In this document: in pieces, positions 30,014 through 41,520 of the stretch
Layout of the letters: the number at the start of each line of letters is the position of its first letter
Position numbering within the stretch: the stretch's first letter is position 1
Source of the DNA: a virus
Lineage: Duplodnaviria; Caudoviricetes
Virus record (IMG/VR): IMGVR_UViG_2706796725_000001
Span: 1-64,000 of that record
DNA: 64,000 nt
Direction: 5' to 3' (one strand)
Notes under the pieces: generated by a model
Told to the model about the DNA's origin: nothing
Seen by the model: the letters and a program-made list of their open reading frames with translations, nothing else
The model's database searches: none
Made by a program: the position numbers and the translations under genes

Positions 30014-30919
30014 CTACACAGCCATCTTCACACCATACCCTTTTCGACCCTTATTAAAGCTATCTAAGGTTACATCCCCCCATTCAAGGGATAACATATC
30101 CTCAAACGTCTCCAGAGGCTTCAAAATGGTCATCTTAGGCTGAAACAGGGGTAATCCATCTGATCGTACACCCTCTTCCTCAACAACGCTTAGAAGGCGT
30201 TCTACGACCTCCAGTTGGTTAGCATACAAGTGAGCATCTGTTGCTGTGTACAGGATTTCTCCTGTAGTGTGGCCCAACAATTCTGCCATCAATATCAGGA
30301 AGATACCTGTGAAGGCTAGGTTATACGGAAGTCCTAAATACACATCATTAGAGCGCATGTGTACGTGTAGGTTGAGTTTGATCTTTCCATCCTCATCAGG
30401 CACACACATAAAGGTGTAGACGAAATGGCATGGGGGTAAAGAAGCTCTGTGAAGGCTCGAAGCATCCCACAGATTGATAATATGTCGTCTACCATAAGGA
30501 TCAACCTGAAGACTTTCTACCACGTCCTTTAACTGGTCTGCACCTCCAAAATTACGAAACTTATAACCATACCCCTCCCCAATAGTTCCTACTTCAATAC
30601 CAGTTCCTTGAAGGAATTCTTCTGAGGTTTGTGCTGTCCAGAAGTTAACCCCACGATCAACAAGGTATTGATTATCAACTCTTCCATTCATCATCCACAT
30701 TAGTTCAGTGAAGGCATGTTTAGGCTCAAACCACCGACATTGAATGAAGGGAAGGTTTCGATAGATTCCGTTCCCCAAACTTTCAACACGGTGTTTGATT
30801 AAATGTCCGAACACAGACTTACTTGACCCTACATCTGTACGGTCAGGCTTATTAACACCATTCTCAAGGATGTATTTAAGGGTGTTTAGATATGGTTGAT
30901 CAATTAGAGTCATGTTCAC
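30014..30919 (-). CDS. thyA: Thymidylate synthase
   Basis: 'DRTDVG', 'PYGRRHII..W', 'LPPCHF', 'MRSNDVYLGLPYN', 'DAHLYANQ'. Confidence 0.93.
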   Translation of the reverse strand: MNMTLIDQPYLNTLKYILENGVNKPDRTDVGSSKSVFGHLIKHRVESLGNGIYRNLPFIQCRWFEPKHAFTELMWMMNGRVDNQYLVDRGVNFWTAQTSEEFLQGTGIEVGTIGEGYGYKFRNFGGADQLKDVVESLQVDPYGRRHIINLWDASSLHRASLPPCHFVYTFMCVPDEDGKIKLNLHVHMRSNDVYLGLPYNLAFTGIFLILMAELLGHTTGEILYTATDAHLYANQLEVVERLLSVVEEEGVRSDGLPLFQPKMTILKPLETFEDMLSLEWGDVTLDSFNKGRKGYGVKMAV

Positions 30920-32167
30920 CTCTTGCTTCGGCTAGAATCAGTTTCGCACTTTTGATTAGAGGCTCCCACACTGTAGGGTAACGCCAAGCTTCATTCTCAT
31001 TTGCCTCTATGAGCATATTAAGTACCTCATAGAGATCAGGAGAGGATGCAATTAGATGTGCGTTGGCTCTGGTCTCTACTGCTTCTAGTGAAGAAACACC
31101 TTCATAAACGGGGGTGAGAACATTAGCTATCTTAAATCTACCACCCAACACCGTTCCACGTATTTTAATATAACCCTCATCAATTTCAAAGGATGATGCA
31201 TTAGACCTCCACGGACCTTTAGTGAACCTAACGTCACTACTCATCTGATTTCTCCCCACCTTTCAACAGAGTGTTGTCAATAATCAAATCCAAAGGATCA
31301 TCTACAGCGTGAGCCTTGCATAAGGACTCCAACCAATCACTTCTATGGAATGGGTGTGACTCGTTTTCAGATAGTTTATCTTGTTCGCCATTCATGCCCA
31401 ATCCCCCTTCTTACTACGTTTGCGATCACGCATCTTCTTGCTCACTTTGCGCTCATACCGATCAGCATATTCACGCTGCTTCATTTTCATTGGTTTTTCT
31501 GACCGTTCAAATCCAGTGTTTGTGTGCATAGCTATTTCCTATTATGATCCTGGGTAAGGTGTTGGGGTTTTTATGGTTCATGTAAAAGTCAATATCTTTT
31601 GCAACCTTTACCAACGAGGTAGAGCCATCATACTGTTCAGGGAAATATAAAAACTTACCGTCATCAGCAATAAATCGTGGGGCTTCTGGAGCGCCGTAAC
31701 CATCTGAAAACTCTTGATCTAGCAGTTGGTCAAGTAACCTCGAATCGGGAAGGGTGATGTTCCACAGTTGAAATTTAAAAGAACTTTCAGGTGTGCCCCA
31801 ACCAGGACTGTAATCATCTTCTCTACAAGTCTGAGCTACAATACTCATATTACCCCAATCTGCACCAGCTTCGTCTAACCACTTTCTCAATGTTGCCATC
31901 GTCTTATCCTCAATTAAGTTTATTTTTGCTTACAACCGATGTATCTACATTACTACAAATAATTGCAGCATACAAGTATTCTCCGTGAACATCTCCAAGA
32001 ATTTCCATGTTAGCTGCTACCAGCTCATAGTTGCTGTATGGGAAGCACAAAAAAGATTCGTCAGGATAAAGTGCTACAAGGTTGAAGAGTACACCATCCT
32101 TTTCAAGGGTTTTATACTTGAAATCTTCAGCACCTTTGATTTCTTCGTCAATGTATTCGTAGGTCAT
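30900..32167 (-). CDS. Hypothetical ORFs (about 30900-31244, 31507-31899, 31910-32167)
   Basis: ORF track; the first has the common phage motif 'FTKGPW...ANAHLIASSPDLYE'. Confidence 0.5.
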
Positions 32168-32333
32168 TTTGAAGACCCCTCACAACCATTATTTCCATAG
32201 GAGATGTTTTGATACACCTCCGAGTTGAGTGAACTCCAGCCGTGAACACCTTTGCTGATTAAGTAAGCATCTGAAATCATAAACGTAGATGCCACGATTG
32301 CAAAAGAGATCATGAACGCACTAATAGGATTAA

Positions 32334-32594
32334 TCATAACAAATTCCCCACAACATGATCCTTAACCTGATCATACCCACCGACATATTCACCTGTCTGG
32401 TAATCCCCACCATAATAAATCTGAGGTACTGAACGAAAACCCTTCTCACGGAAGGCCGTAAGAATCTCAGGCTCATCTTGCAGATTGACATACTCAAATG
32501 GTACACCATATCCAGTCAGCACATCTTTAGCCAAGTTGCAGTATGTACAATTAGGCATTCCGTAGATAGTGTAGGGCTTGATAACGTCCGTCAT
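32334..32594 (-). CDS. Glutaredoxin (NrdH/Grx-like)
   Basis: 'YGMPNCTYCNLAK', 'FRSVPQIY', 'YVGGYDQ'; own GGAGA RBS before ATG 32594. Confidence 0.88.
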   Translation of the reverse strand: MTDVIKPYTIYGMPNCTYCNLAKDVLTGYGVPFEYVNLQDEPEILTAFREKGFRSVPQIYYGGDYQTGEYVGGYDQVKDHVVGNLL

Positions 32595-32599
32595 TATTG

Positions 32600-33627
32600 T
32601 TTCTCCGTTAAAAAAGATTTCTGAACCAGAGCTGACAGCACCAACCAGATAGTTCAACACCTCTTGTGCAGCACTCTGAACAAGACGGATGTATTCCATG
32701 TAGGGAATAGGATTGTTCAAGATCAATGATTTGTCTCCCCAATCCAATCCAAGGTAATCGTAACAAGGTTTGGCAATGTAGTAAACATATTCTTTCAACA
32801 GAGTTACATTCAGCCCTAACACCCGACCTCTGAAGATGTACGCCCACTTGACTTCCTGTACAATCAAGATAGTCTGCATCTCCACAACTTCCATCTCTTC
32901 CTGATAATCTTCTTTGTGAAGCATTGCATTGAAGATTAAACGATCCCCCGCATGTAGCACTTTGAGGATAGCCCCAACTGTCCCAATACCTTGATAACGA
33001 CCTGTCACCAATGCAAAGGTGCAAGCAAACGAAGCCATAAAAGAGATAGCTTCCAAACCATATAACACGCCCATATTCTTCAGAAGTTGTTTCTTCAACT
33101 CTGCTGGAATATACCCCAAGGTATACGCACCCATACGGTTTGGTTTTAAAAATTTCCCCAATAATTCCTGTACGGTATTGCACCATCACATTATGCTTAC
33201 CACGTTCAAGAATCTGATTACCATCTGTGAAGCAATTACGGAAGATGTGGCTGTAGCTGATAGCGTGAATACCTTCCATCATGGATTGCCACGTAAGCAG
33301 GTTCTGTACTTCTGTGTTTGTGATAAATGGGCCAAACGTCTCGATAATACCTCTTGAGGCAACACTGTCCAGCAAGTGTTGAGCAAGCAGGTTGAGGATC
33401 ATCACATCCTTCTCTGAGTCAGGCGCAACAGCCAAGTCCTTACGATCCTGATCCAAGCTAAACTCAGTCTCAACCCAATACTGGGCACGTTGATCCAAGT
33501 ACATCCTTTCAATTTCTGGGTAGGTTACATTAACCGTATCTGCAAACCCAAGGTCTTCCCCAAGGAATACAGGGTAATGTCCTCGGAGGTTATTGTTGTT
33601 ATTCACATTCATAATGCTTTTAGTCAT
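32600..33627 (-). CDS. nrdB: Ribonucleotide reductase class Ia beta subunit (frameshifted; C-terminal half looks degraded)
   Basis: 'YWVETEFSL', 'LLDSVASRG', 'EGIHAISYSHI', 'GLEAISFMASFACTFAL'; frame change near 33150. Confidence 0.85.
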
Positions 33628-33951
33628 ACAAGTTCCTCATCTTAAATAAAAAGGAGGCCGTTAAGCCTCCTGTGGGCAGTTGTTAGGTTAACCTCTCTGG
33701 CTGAATAAAATCCCAACCCCAACAATCTTCTAAGTCTTCCTCGTCAACCCCAGAAGCTTTAGATACAAATTTGAGGACTTTCTCTTCAATTTGATCTTCA
33801 GTCAACCCTGCACTGACCTCAAGGACTTCCTCATCATTGTTTCCACCAAAAGAACCATTAATATCATACTCACACCAAACTCTTATAAACATAGTATTTC
33901 TCCTATTTAGGTTTCACACTTATTGAACCTCAACTATAACAAATTAAATAG

Positions 33952-36579
33952 TCAAAGGGAACAGCTTTCACACCCTGATTCTTCAATTTGTGTAACAGTT
34001 TCTTCCTTACGTTTGTTATCCTTCATCTTGAAGTTATGGTAATACCACGTTTTCATTCCTAATTTAGCTGACAGAAGCACATCACGGATAATATCAGCTT
34101 GCTTCAGATCACCCTTATTGTAGTCATGCCAGAAGTCTGCTGAGATAGACTGCCCCATCCACTTTTGCACAATCGCGTAAACCTTAATCATCTCCTGTGA
34201 AGGAATATCCCAAGCTGATTGGTAATGCAGTGTATCCATGTCTGGAGCACGATAGTATACGCTGCCCTTACGACTATTCTTGTATAACTCCAAGTTACGT
34301 ACAGGGTAGATTGCATTCGTACTGTTTGTGACCAAGCTAGAGGACTCTACAGGCATCTGTGCTTCCAATACACTAAACCGTACACCGTGCTTGAGGATAT
34401 CCTGACGTAATTCTTCCCAAGGATATTGGTTGTCAACGGTGATAAATTGATCCACTTCCTTCTTGTATGTATCCAGTGGAATCCACCCATCCTTGTATTT
34501 GCTACGATCAATATACTTGAACACACCTTTCTCCTTAGCAAGACGTACAGATGCCTTGTGTAGGAAATAGGAATGACGTTCAGCCAGCTTATGAATCTCA
34601 TTACGTCCAGCCTCAGAATCAAATGCAAGCCCTTTAGAAGCCATGTAATGAGCCAAGTTAGTCATGCCAACACCAATGGACCGATAACCCTTAGCTGTCT
34701 CTTCCATGCTTGCATAAGGGTATTTCGTATCACCAATAGTGTTATCGATGATCTTGCACAGTGTGTAACACAACTCCTCGTATTCTTCATCTGTGTAGTC
34801 CTTCAAGACGATTGAGCCTAAGAAGCATAGGGCGATAGTTCCATCTGAATGTTTCTTGAACAGATTCTCTACACTTGAGAAAGGCTTGGTTGGTAGGGCT
34901 ATTTCCTGACATTGACCTGTCAGAATACCATTGAACACCCCCATATTACGTAGAGGTTCATTGAAGCAATAACTGTCTTGAGATTCAACAGGCAATAGCC
35001 CCATAACCTTGTGACGTGTAACAACACCTTCAGAATCTTTCCACACCAACAGCTCATTGCCACGTTCAAGTTGGAATGTTCTCAACTCGGTGTAATCCTT
35101 CAAATACCATTTGTGGTAAGGTGTGCATGTAAGGTAGTCAGCTTGTCCCGTCTCCATGTTCTCAACATAAACCCTGATCATTTCTTGATCTATACCCGTT
35201 TTCACCACTTGAACTTCAGACCACTCTGACCCATTCCACACAGTAACCCACTGACCCTCCATCTGACCTATTGGCAGGGAACCTTCATCGGTAAGGATAA
35301 GTGTGCCACCAGCCACGCACAAATTACTCAAACGAATAGGCTCATTGAATGGTGTGTGCTGGTTCATATTATCAATGAATGTAATGTAGTTACGTCCTGT
35401 ATCAGCACGACTTGAAATCCATGCCTGCATTACATCACGCGCCTTAACAATCTTTTTGGGGATAAAGGATGACAATACAGACTGGTACTCAGCTTCAAAT
35501 GCTCCTACATCACCTGAATAGAACAAATCCCACAGAGTGGGTGCATAATATACACTCACCAGCATCCAGTCCTCATTCTTAGCCATACGTCTCAGGAAAG
35601 ATGTATTTACTTTGAATGAATAATCAAGTGTATCAATGCGATAGTTCTCAGGTGTACGTTGCTGCTTCATTGTTAGCAAACCTTCAATCTCAGGATCAAG
35701 TACACAATATGATACTGTAGCACTACCACCTCTAGTCACCTGGGAATTTGCTTTAACCGCTGAGTCAATATGACTGTAGTAAGAATGTTTCCCACCGTGC
35801 CTCACCAGCCCACCTTTAACAGGATCATTAGGCCCACGGGTGGTTAGCTCAATACCAATACCTGCACGTTGAGCTGTCATAGTATAGGCAACGTTTATGG
35901 CAGCATTAATGCTGTCAACGGTATCTCCTCCTGAGATAACTACACAGCTTGGAGAGGATTCAAGTGATGTACGTGAACCGTTTAATGTTGGTGTTGGTAG
36001 ATTCAGGTTTAGGTTACTCAACCCCTGATACGCAGAGATGACCTTTGACAGTTTATCATCTTCATTGCGCATCTGATTCATAGCAATCCCCATAAACGTC
36101 ATTTGGGGAGACTCAACAGGATGTCCTGAGAAGTTCAGCATATATTTATCATACATCTGCTTCAGGGTGGCATAGGTGTAAGTGAAGTCTTTAGTGTGAT
36201 CTATAACTGAATCAAGCTGTTCAAGCTCATAGTCAGTGTATCCCATATCAACCCACCGGCCCTCTTCTACAGCTTCCTCGTAGAAGTCTTTCAGGGATGG
36301 GATGGAGAAGCAGCCATAGGCTTCCTTGTAGATTTGCCCTACAAGAAGACGTGCAGCCATCTTTGTATGTCCTTCTGTACGCTTGCTGAGGCAGGCATTA
36401 ATTAAGGCTTGGTGTAATTCAGATGTAGTACATTCTTCAGGTAGGCTGCGTACAGCATCAAATACGATACTAGACCAATCCACACCACACTCACTGCTCG
36501 CCCAATCACTCCAACGGTTAATGTTATCTACATCAAAATCTTCAACAGTTCCATCACGTTTTGTAACTTTATTGATCAT
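33952..36579 (-). CDS. nrdA: Ribonucleotide reductase class Ia alpha subunit with intein
   Basis: ATP-cone 'VTKRDGTVEDFD', 'NLPTPTLNG', 'SSCVV', 'SNL|C', 'AQMPVESSS', 'QSISAD', 'GMKTWYY', C-terminal 'CESCSL'. Confidence 0.93.
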   Translation of the reverse strand: MINKVTKRDGTVEDFDVDNINRWSDWASSECGVDWSSIVFDAVRSLPEECTTSELHQALINACLSKRTEGHTKMAARLLVGQIYKEAYGCFSIPSLKDFYEEAVEEGRWVDMGYTDYELEQLDSVIDHTKDFTYTYATLKQMYDKYMLNFSGHPVESPQMTFMGIAMNQMRNEDDKLSKVISAYQGLSNLNLNLPTPTLNGSRTSLESSPSCVVISGGDTVDSINAAINVAYTMTAQRAGIGIELTTRGPNDPVKGGLVRHGGKHSYYSHIDSAVKANSQVTRGGSATVSYCVLDPEIEGLLTMKQQRTPENYRIDTLDYSFKVNTSFLRRMAKNEDWMLVSVYYAPTLWDLFYSGDVGAFEAEYQSVLSSFIPKKIVKARDVMQAWISSRADTGRNYITFIDNMNQHTPFNEPIRLSNLCVAGGTLILTDEGSLPIGQMEGQWVTVWNGSEWSEVQVVKTGIDQEMIRVYVENMETGQADYLTCTPYHKWYLKDYTELRTFQLERGNELLVWKDSEGVVTRHKVMGLLPVESQDSYCFNEPLRNMGVFNGILTGQCQEIALPTKPFSSVENLFKKHSDGTIALCFLGSIVLKDYTDEEYEELCYTLCKIIDNTIGDTKYPYASMEETAKGYRSIGVGMTNLAHYMASKGLAFDSEAGRNEIHKLAERHSYFLHKASVRLAKEKGVFKYIDRSKYKDGWIPLDTYKKEVDQFITVDNQYPWEELRQDILKHGVRFSVLEAQMPVESSSLVTNSTNAIYPVRNLELYKNSRKGSVYYRAPDMDTLHYQSAWDIPSQEMIKVYAIVQKWMGQSISADFWHDYNKGDLKQADIIRDVLLSAKLGMKTWYYHNFKMKDNKRKEETVTQIEESGCESCSL
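34912..35319 (-). mobile_element. Mini-intein (136 aa) in NrdA, C-terminal Gln
   Basis: Starts CVAGGTLILTDEG after SNL; block B 'LTCTPYHKW'; ends FNGILTGQ, followed by the extein Cys of 'CQEI'. Confidence 0.9.
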
Positions 36580-36676
36580 ATATTTTCCTTCTACTTCAAA
36601 CAAAACAAATAAAAACGGGAAGTAAGTATGACAGCTTCTTCCCGTATGTTACACCCTGTTCGTTGATTAATTTATC

Positions 36677-37306
36677 CTATGAATCTTCCGCAAAGGACTT
36701 AATAAAGTCAATCAGGTGATTACTCTGCATAGATACGTAATGGCTGTAGCGGTCAGAGCATACAGCAGGGTTCACTAGGAATTCCAGTTCAAGGGAGGTG
36801 TGATCAAGCCAACTTGAAAGGATGGTCATTCCATAAGTGCTTGTTGAGGATGCAACCCCATCAATAACTCTAGGAATAAACTTGCCAACAACAGTCATCA
36901 CGTAGTTTTCGTAAGCGTCTACGGTGGGGTATTTCTTACGTGTGTGGTGGTTGTGTTCGTAGATAAACTCTACAGCTATTCGCAATTGTGTTGAGTCGTA
37001 CATGACTTCTACTGGAGTCACTTCACCTTTAATTGTTTCGGCTGTGGCGGGTTTTAACTGCTCTGCTTCACCAATCTTTACAGGATACCATGTGTTAGGG
37101 ATGCTGTCCTTACCTTCACTAACTATTCCACCTGTCCTGAAAGAGCCTATTATAGTGGAAGCAAAACTCTCAGAAATATCTAGTCTGGATTTAGTACATG
37201 TGTCGTCATACCAATTGCCTGTAGCCTCTGGAAACACTTCCCACAACATACCACCTTTCTTCAAGGCTTCATACTCTTCATAACCTAATTCATGTAATTT
37301 CTTCAT
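36677..37306 (-). CDS. Hypothetical protein
   Basis: 209-aa ORF. Confidence 0.55.
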   Translation of the reverse strand: MKKLHELGYEEYEALKKGGMLWEVFPEATGNWYDDTCTKSRLDISESFASTIIGSFRTGGIVSEGKDSIPNTWYPVKIGEAEQLKPATAETIKGEVTPVEVMYDSTQLRIAVEFIYEHNHHTRKKYPTVDAYENYVMTVVGKFIPRVIDGVASSTSTYGMTILSSWLDHTSLELEFLVNPAVCSDRYSHYVSMQSNHLIDFIKSFAEDS

Positions 37307-37310
37307 TTAC

Positions 37311-38368
37311 TTAACCCCTTGTAATGTTTTTGGGACCAATCCAGCAACCATCCTTGCCTAAAATCATGGGTTCCAATATTGGCTTACCCTCAATGATTAA
37401 GGCTGTACCTATAATCGGCCTCTTTATGTTAACATTGTTATAGCTAAAAGCATAACTATCATCATCAATCAAACATCCCACTTGAAGGCCCCAAAATAAT
37501 CCCATAGGGTTCCCCCAATAATCTGCCTTAACTTTTCGTGATAGTGTCCTTGTATGGCACACATCCCCATCTGTTGGCTGAGCTTGAGAACATCAGAAGA
37601 CTTGCCATGATGTAAGTAACAAAAATTCCCACCAGGAAGCCTAATGGTCAGATCAAAATGCCATTTCCAACCCCTACCTACACCCAACACGTCATTGTAT
37701 GATCGGATGTAGTGACGAGGTATTCCATGAGTTTTTGCCTTCCTCCAAACCAAGCTACCGTGATTGCTCTCAAGTATATCCATCACAGGAAACATTCTTT
37801 CCAACTCTTTTATTACGGGGATAGACTTCTCAAGCTCCTTTCCAGCACTGTCCAAGTCTGGATCGCTATCGTGATAAGATAGTGCATGTTTGTCCAGCTC
37901 GTCCCCCATACAAATAACCCTTGTAGGGTTATACTTATCCTTCAAGTGTTGTAAGAACTTTAAAGTATCCTTATGATGGTAGGGTATATGCATGTCCGAA
38001 ATAAGAAGCACCCGACTATTATCTACGAAAGAACTCTCATATACCCCTCTGAGAGCTTCTATTTTGCCTTCTGAGGGGTTTTCTCCTACACCCCTGACAT
38101 TGCCCCATGTTTCAGGTAAAACCTCACCAGCAGCATTTTTAGGGTCTTCTGAAGGCTCCTTCATATCTCTCAGACCTAGTGAATTGATAATGTTGTTCAC
38201 AGAGGACTTCAAAGACTTACTGCCAAATAATTCCTTAGCAATCTCACGACTACTCTTCCCAGCGAAAAACGCATCTACAACATTACGAATATCATTTTCG
38301 GTGTAGGGGTAGGTAGGTGGTTTGTGCATTAGGAACAAACGGATAATATCATCAATATGTGTATGCAA
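37311..38368 (-). CDS. Metallophosphoesterase with N-terminal HTH-like segment (apparent frameshift near 37530)
   Basis: 'ISDMHIP', 'MGDELD', 'SNHG', 'HHG', 'QGHYH'; the C-terminus continues in ORF 37311-37562. Confidence 0.78.
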
Positions 38369-38668
38369 TAGTTTTCTCCTTATAGTTCTACATTGAAATT
38401 AGGCTCAAGTAACTCCACATTACCTGAGCGTATCAGGAAAATTGGATGTTCGGCCTGTTTAAATGCCTCGAAGCAAGCAGACTTGATCTTCTGTTCTGTC
38501 CCATACACGGTTGCAAGGATGTTGGGCGTAGTCACTATCATCCTCATCTTGAGGGTTATTGATCAAGTCAATCACTTTCTCAACCGTGAGGCAATCATAG
38601 CTTGTGGTTTCTACTTCCACGATCAGGGCTAGAGAATGGGTCATACATTTCCCTCCAATACTCTCCGT

Positions 38669-38995
38669 TCAGTTTTCCAAGTCGCGCACTTCAGCATCAT
38701 ATTCAGTGAACTTCTCTGGATAACGTGCACGAAGTTTATTGATAACACGTTCTTGTTCAGCTTCAAAGTTGGTCCCTAAAGCATCAAACAGGATGGCAAG
38801 ATACCAAAGAATATCTCCAGCTTCCTCTTTGATGTTAACCAGATCAAGTTCTTTTCCATAGAATATTGATTTCTTTAATGCGTCAAGCATTTCCCCTGAT
38901 TCCGTCACACAACCAATAGCTGCATGGAGGATTCTTGAATCAACTTGATAGAAGTTTGGTGATTCTGTACGTATGGCTTGTTGAATGAAATTCAT
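38669..38995 (-). CDS. MazG-like nucleotide pyrophosphohydrolase
   Basis: 'ESGEMLDALKK', 'EEAGDILWY', 'NKLRARYP'. Confidence 0.85.
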   Translation of the reverse strand: MNFIQQAIRTESPNFYQVDSRILHAAIGCVTESGEMLDALKKSIFYGKELDLVNIKEEAGDILWYLAILFDALGTNFEAEQERVINKLRARYPEKFTEYDAEVRDLEN

Positions 38996-39197
38996 TCTTC
39001 TTTCTCCTTTTCGATTGGAACAACTAACATTGAAGGGTCTTTCTGAACAAGTCTTAGGAACATCGTCAAGAAAGCAAACCCAAGATATTGCATGTATGTC
39101 CCTTGTATAACACCTAACAGTATTGCTCCTTGGAAGCCTAAAAAGGCTACGAACAATACGGCTAAGATGTACACAAGGAACCTGTTAAGGAAGTTTA

Positions 39198-39740
39198 TCA
39201 CTGGTCTAACATCTCCTCATATTTCTGAATACGTTCCTTTTTTGTCTTGCATTTCCCTACAATGGCTTCCTGATCATACTGTGATAACTTACCAAATGCA
39301 ATCACTTTCTTACGCCTAATTGCTTGTTCGTATGTAATCCCTTGACGATCTGCTAATGATAGTGCGTTGTTACACTCTTTGCAAACAGGTCTTAGGTCAT
39401 CTTCTGTCACAAGGAACAGGCGTTCAATGAAGGTTTGAATATCTTTGAGAGAGTTAAGCTGTCCCGCTGCTTCAATATGATCCACTTGTAATTGCGATGT
39501 GGGAAAGTCTTGTTTACACATTGCACAAGTAAAACCCCACACTGTAGGTTTGTTTCCTCTTGGATTGGGGTTCTTAATCTGCTTCCTGATCTTCTTAATG
39601 AAGATGTGTTTAACAGGATGCTTGTTCCATGCTGAACGTAAACAACCCCTCAAATAGCTCATCAATTTAGCAGGGGAATTCCATACGTCAGGATAGAGGG
39701 CGAGCATCTTGTTGAACTGTTCTTGTGAGTCTTTAGGCAT
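39198..39740 (-). CDS. HNH-type endonuclease
   Basis: 'CAMC...VDHI...VCKECN'. Confidence 0.72.
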   Translation of the reverse strand: MPKDSQEQFNKMLALYPDVWNSPAKLMSYLRGCLRSAWNKHPVKHIFIKKIRKQIKNPNPRGNKPTVWGFTCAMCKQDFPTSQLQVDHIEAAGQLNSLKDIQTFIERLFLVTEDDLRPVCKECNNALSLADRQGITYEQAIRRKKVIAFGKLSQYDQEAIVGKCKTKKERIQKYEEMLDQ

Positions 39741-39980
39741 TAAACACTTCCTCCTTGATAGCAACAACTTCAACCTTACCGTGCAGTGTTTCAGTGTCAA
39801 CGTCACCACGATTCAAAACTAAATCACCTTTCGCGTCTCTCTTATACTTGATAAGGTATCTTTCTTCTGTATCTAACTCAATAACATCTGCCACTTCTTT
39901 TTCGTCCAGAAGTACACGAACATTACCGAGATTGTATTCAGGCAAAGGTTCTCCTTTTAGAAGGGATTCTACTGTCATTT

Positions 39981-40415
39981 TCATAGTTCACCATCCTTTA
40001 TACGTCTACGTATTTCCATCAGCATCCTTCCTAGATAGTTTTCACCTTCACCAGTCTTCAAACAAACTCCCCAGAACTTATCGCCCCACCAATTCCCCTC
40101 TTGAATGAATTCGTCACCAGTCTCTAACAATTTTGATCTTAGAGGCTCTATACTGTATTTTCTTTTCAGAATATTCCACATGACCTTTTTCTTGTACTCA
40201 TCCCAGTCCTCTTTAATATCAACCTGTCTTGACTTCTTTTTTATTAGGTATGGGTTATCTTCAGAAGCACACCAGTCTTTCCAATTTTCATCACCACTTT
40301 TAGCTGACTGGTATGCTGCCTCTGAAGACTTGAAAACCCTTCCCTTATATAAAACCTCACAAGGATACATATTACTTAGAAATGTATAAGGTTCTTTCTT
40401 GAATGTTTCTATCAT
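39981..40415 (-). CDS. NADAR-family protein
   Basis: 'FLSNMYP', 'SEAAYQSAK', 'KLLETGD..EGNWWGDKFWG', 'GENYLGRMLMEIR'. Confidence 0.88.
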   Translation of the reverse strand: MIETFKKEPYTFLSNMYPCEVLYKGRVFKSSEAAYQSAKSGDENWKDWCASEDNPYLIKKKSRQVDIKEDWDEYKKKVMWNILKRKYSIEPLRSKLLETGDEFIQEGNWWGDKFWGVCLKTGEGENYLGRMLMEIRRRIKDGEL

Positions 40416-41455
40416 GATAATTCCTCCGGCACATATTGCATAATCAATTCTCCTTTATCGTGTTTGTTACGTAGCATCCACAGGAGCCTAAGACTCTCTT
40501 CAAACACCTCTCTCCACGTCTTAGAGGTTTCTTCTCCAGTGTAACAGTGGGTGTAGGTGTGAACATCTCCATAATGCTTCTTATATTCCTCTGCAACGTC
40601 CTGTACAGCCTCTGGAAGATGAGATATACAAGCACCAGAGTATTTATCAAGGAGTTTGAAAGCCTTCGCATCACCCCATTTAGGAAGCCCTATAATACCA
40701 TCTACATTGTCCCCTTTAAGCATTTGGAACAATAGGAACAAAGCACCTGTCCCAACCACCTTCTTACCATTATTCTCAAGCCTTCCTACAATCTTCTTAG
40801 AAGAGAATATGGGACTTGTCATTTGATCTAATATCATCACATAACTTCCCATAATTTGCAGGCTGTCCTTGTCTTGTGAAATCAATACAGCCTTATGTTT
40901 CATCTTCTCTGTATTAGCTACAACAATATCATCTGTCTCAATGCTACCCCTTGTTGTGATTATCTTGGGGTTTTGTAGGGCATACCGTCTAACAGCTTCC
41001 AGATGATGTGGCTTACGCGTATCACCACGATTACCTTTGTAGGGGGATAATGTGGCGATATCATATCGGAAGTTTTTCAATCCAGAAGCCTTACTTAAAT
41101 AACACTTCCAATCCGATACACCAGATTGTTTCAAGTATTTCTTCAAAAGTCTGTCGAATTCTTTGTAGCAAGCATTTACAGGAAGTATTTCGTATTCAAC
41201 TTCTCGTATAAGATTATCGGGATCACCTTTGTAATCAAATGAAAAACCCTCTTTCAACTCCCATATCCACCGTTCATATTCTTTAGCAGATGTAAATTGT
41301 TGAATCTTCTCCCCTGTAGGTGTTTTAGCAGAATACCACACCTGCTCACCCACAGAAGCACTTGCCATGAATATGAGACTGTCACCATCAATGTAGGCAA
41401 ACTCAGGAGGGGGTGGTTGTTTTAGTGTTGGGTATATCAAGGAATCTTTCGTCAT
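40412..41455 (-). CDS. 5'-3' exonuclease (PolI N-terminal / T7 gp6-like)
   Basis: 'IDGDSL', 'YKGNR', 'ETDD', 'DKD', 'GDNVDGIIG'. Confidence 0.85.
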   Translation of the reverse strand: MTKDSLIYPTLKQPPPPEFAYIDGDSLIFMASASVGEQVWYSAKTPTGEKIQQFTSAKEYERWIWELKEGFSFDYKGDPDNLIREVEYEILPVNACYKEFDRLLKKYLKQSGVSDWKCYLSKASGLKNFRYDIATLSPYKGNRGDTRKPHHLEAVRRYALQNPKIITTRGSIETDDIVVANTEKMKHKAVLISQDKDSLQIMGSYVMILDQMTSPIFSSKKIVGRLENNGKKVVGTGALFLLFQMLKGDNVDGIIGLPKWGDAKAFKLLDKYSGACISHLPEAVQDVAEEYKKHYGDVHTYTHCYTGEETSKTWREVFEESLRLLWMLRNKHDKGELIMQYVPEELS

Positions 41456-41520
41456 AGAGTCTCCTCAAATGAAAACGCCCACCATAATTGGCAGGCGTTG
41501 TGTTATGGATTAATTAGTCG

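Noticed and set aside
32334-33161. Apparent NrdB-glutaredoxin fusion protein in the ORF track
   Set aside because: The glutaredoxin has its own GGAGA RBS and ATG, and a TAA lies one base out of frame in the T-run at about 32605; the fusion is most likely an indel artefact.
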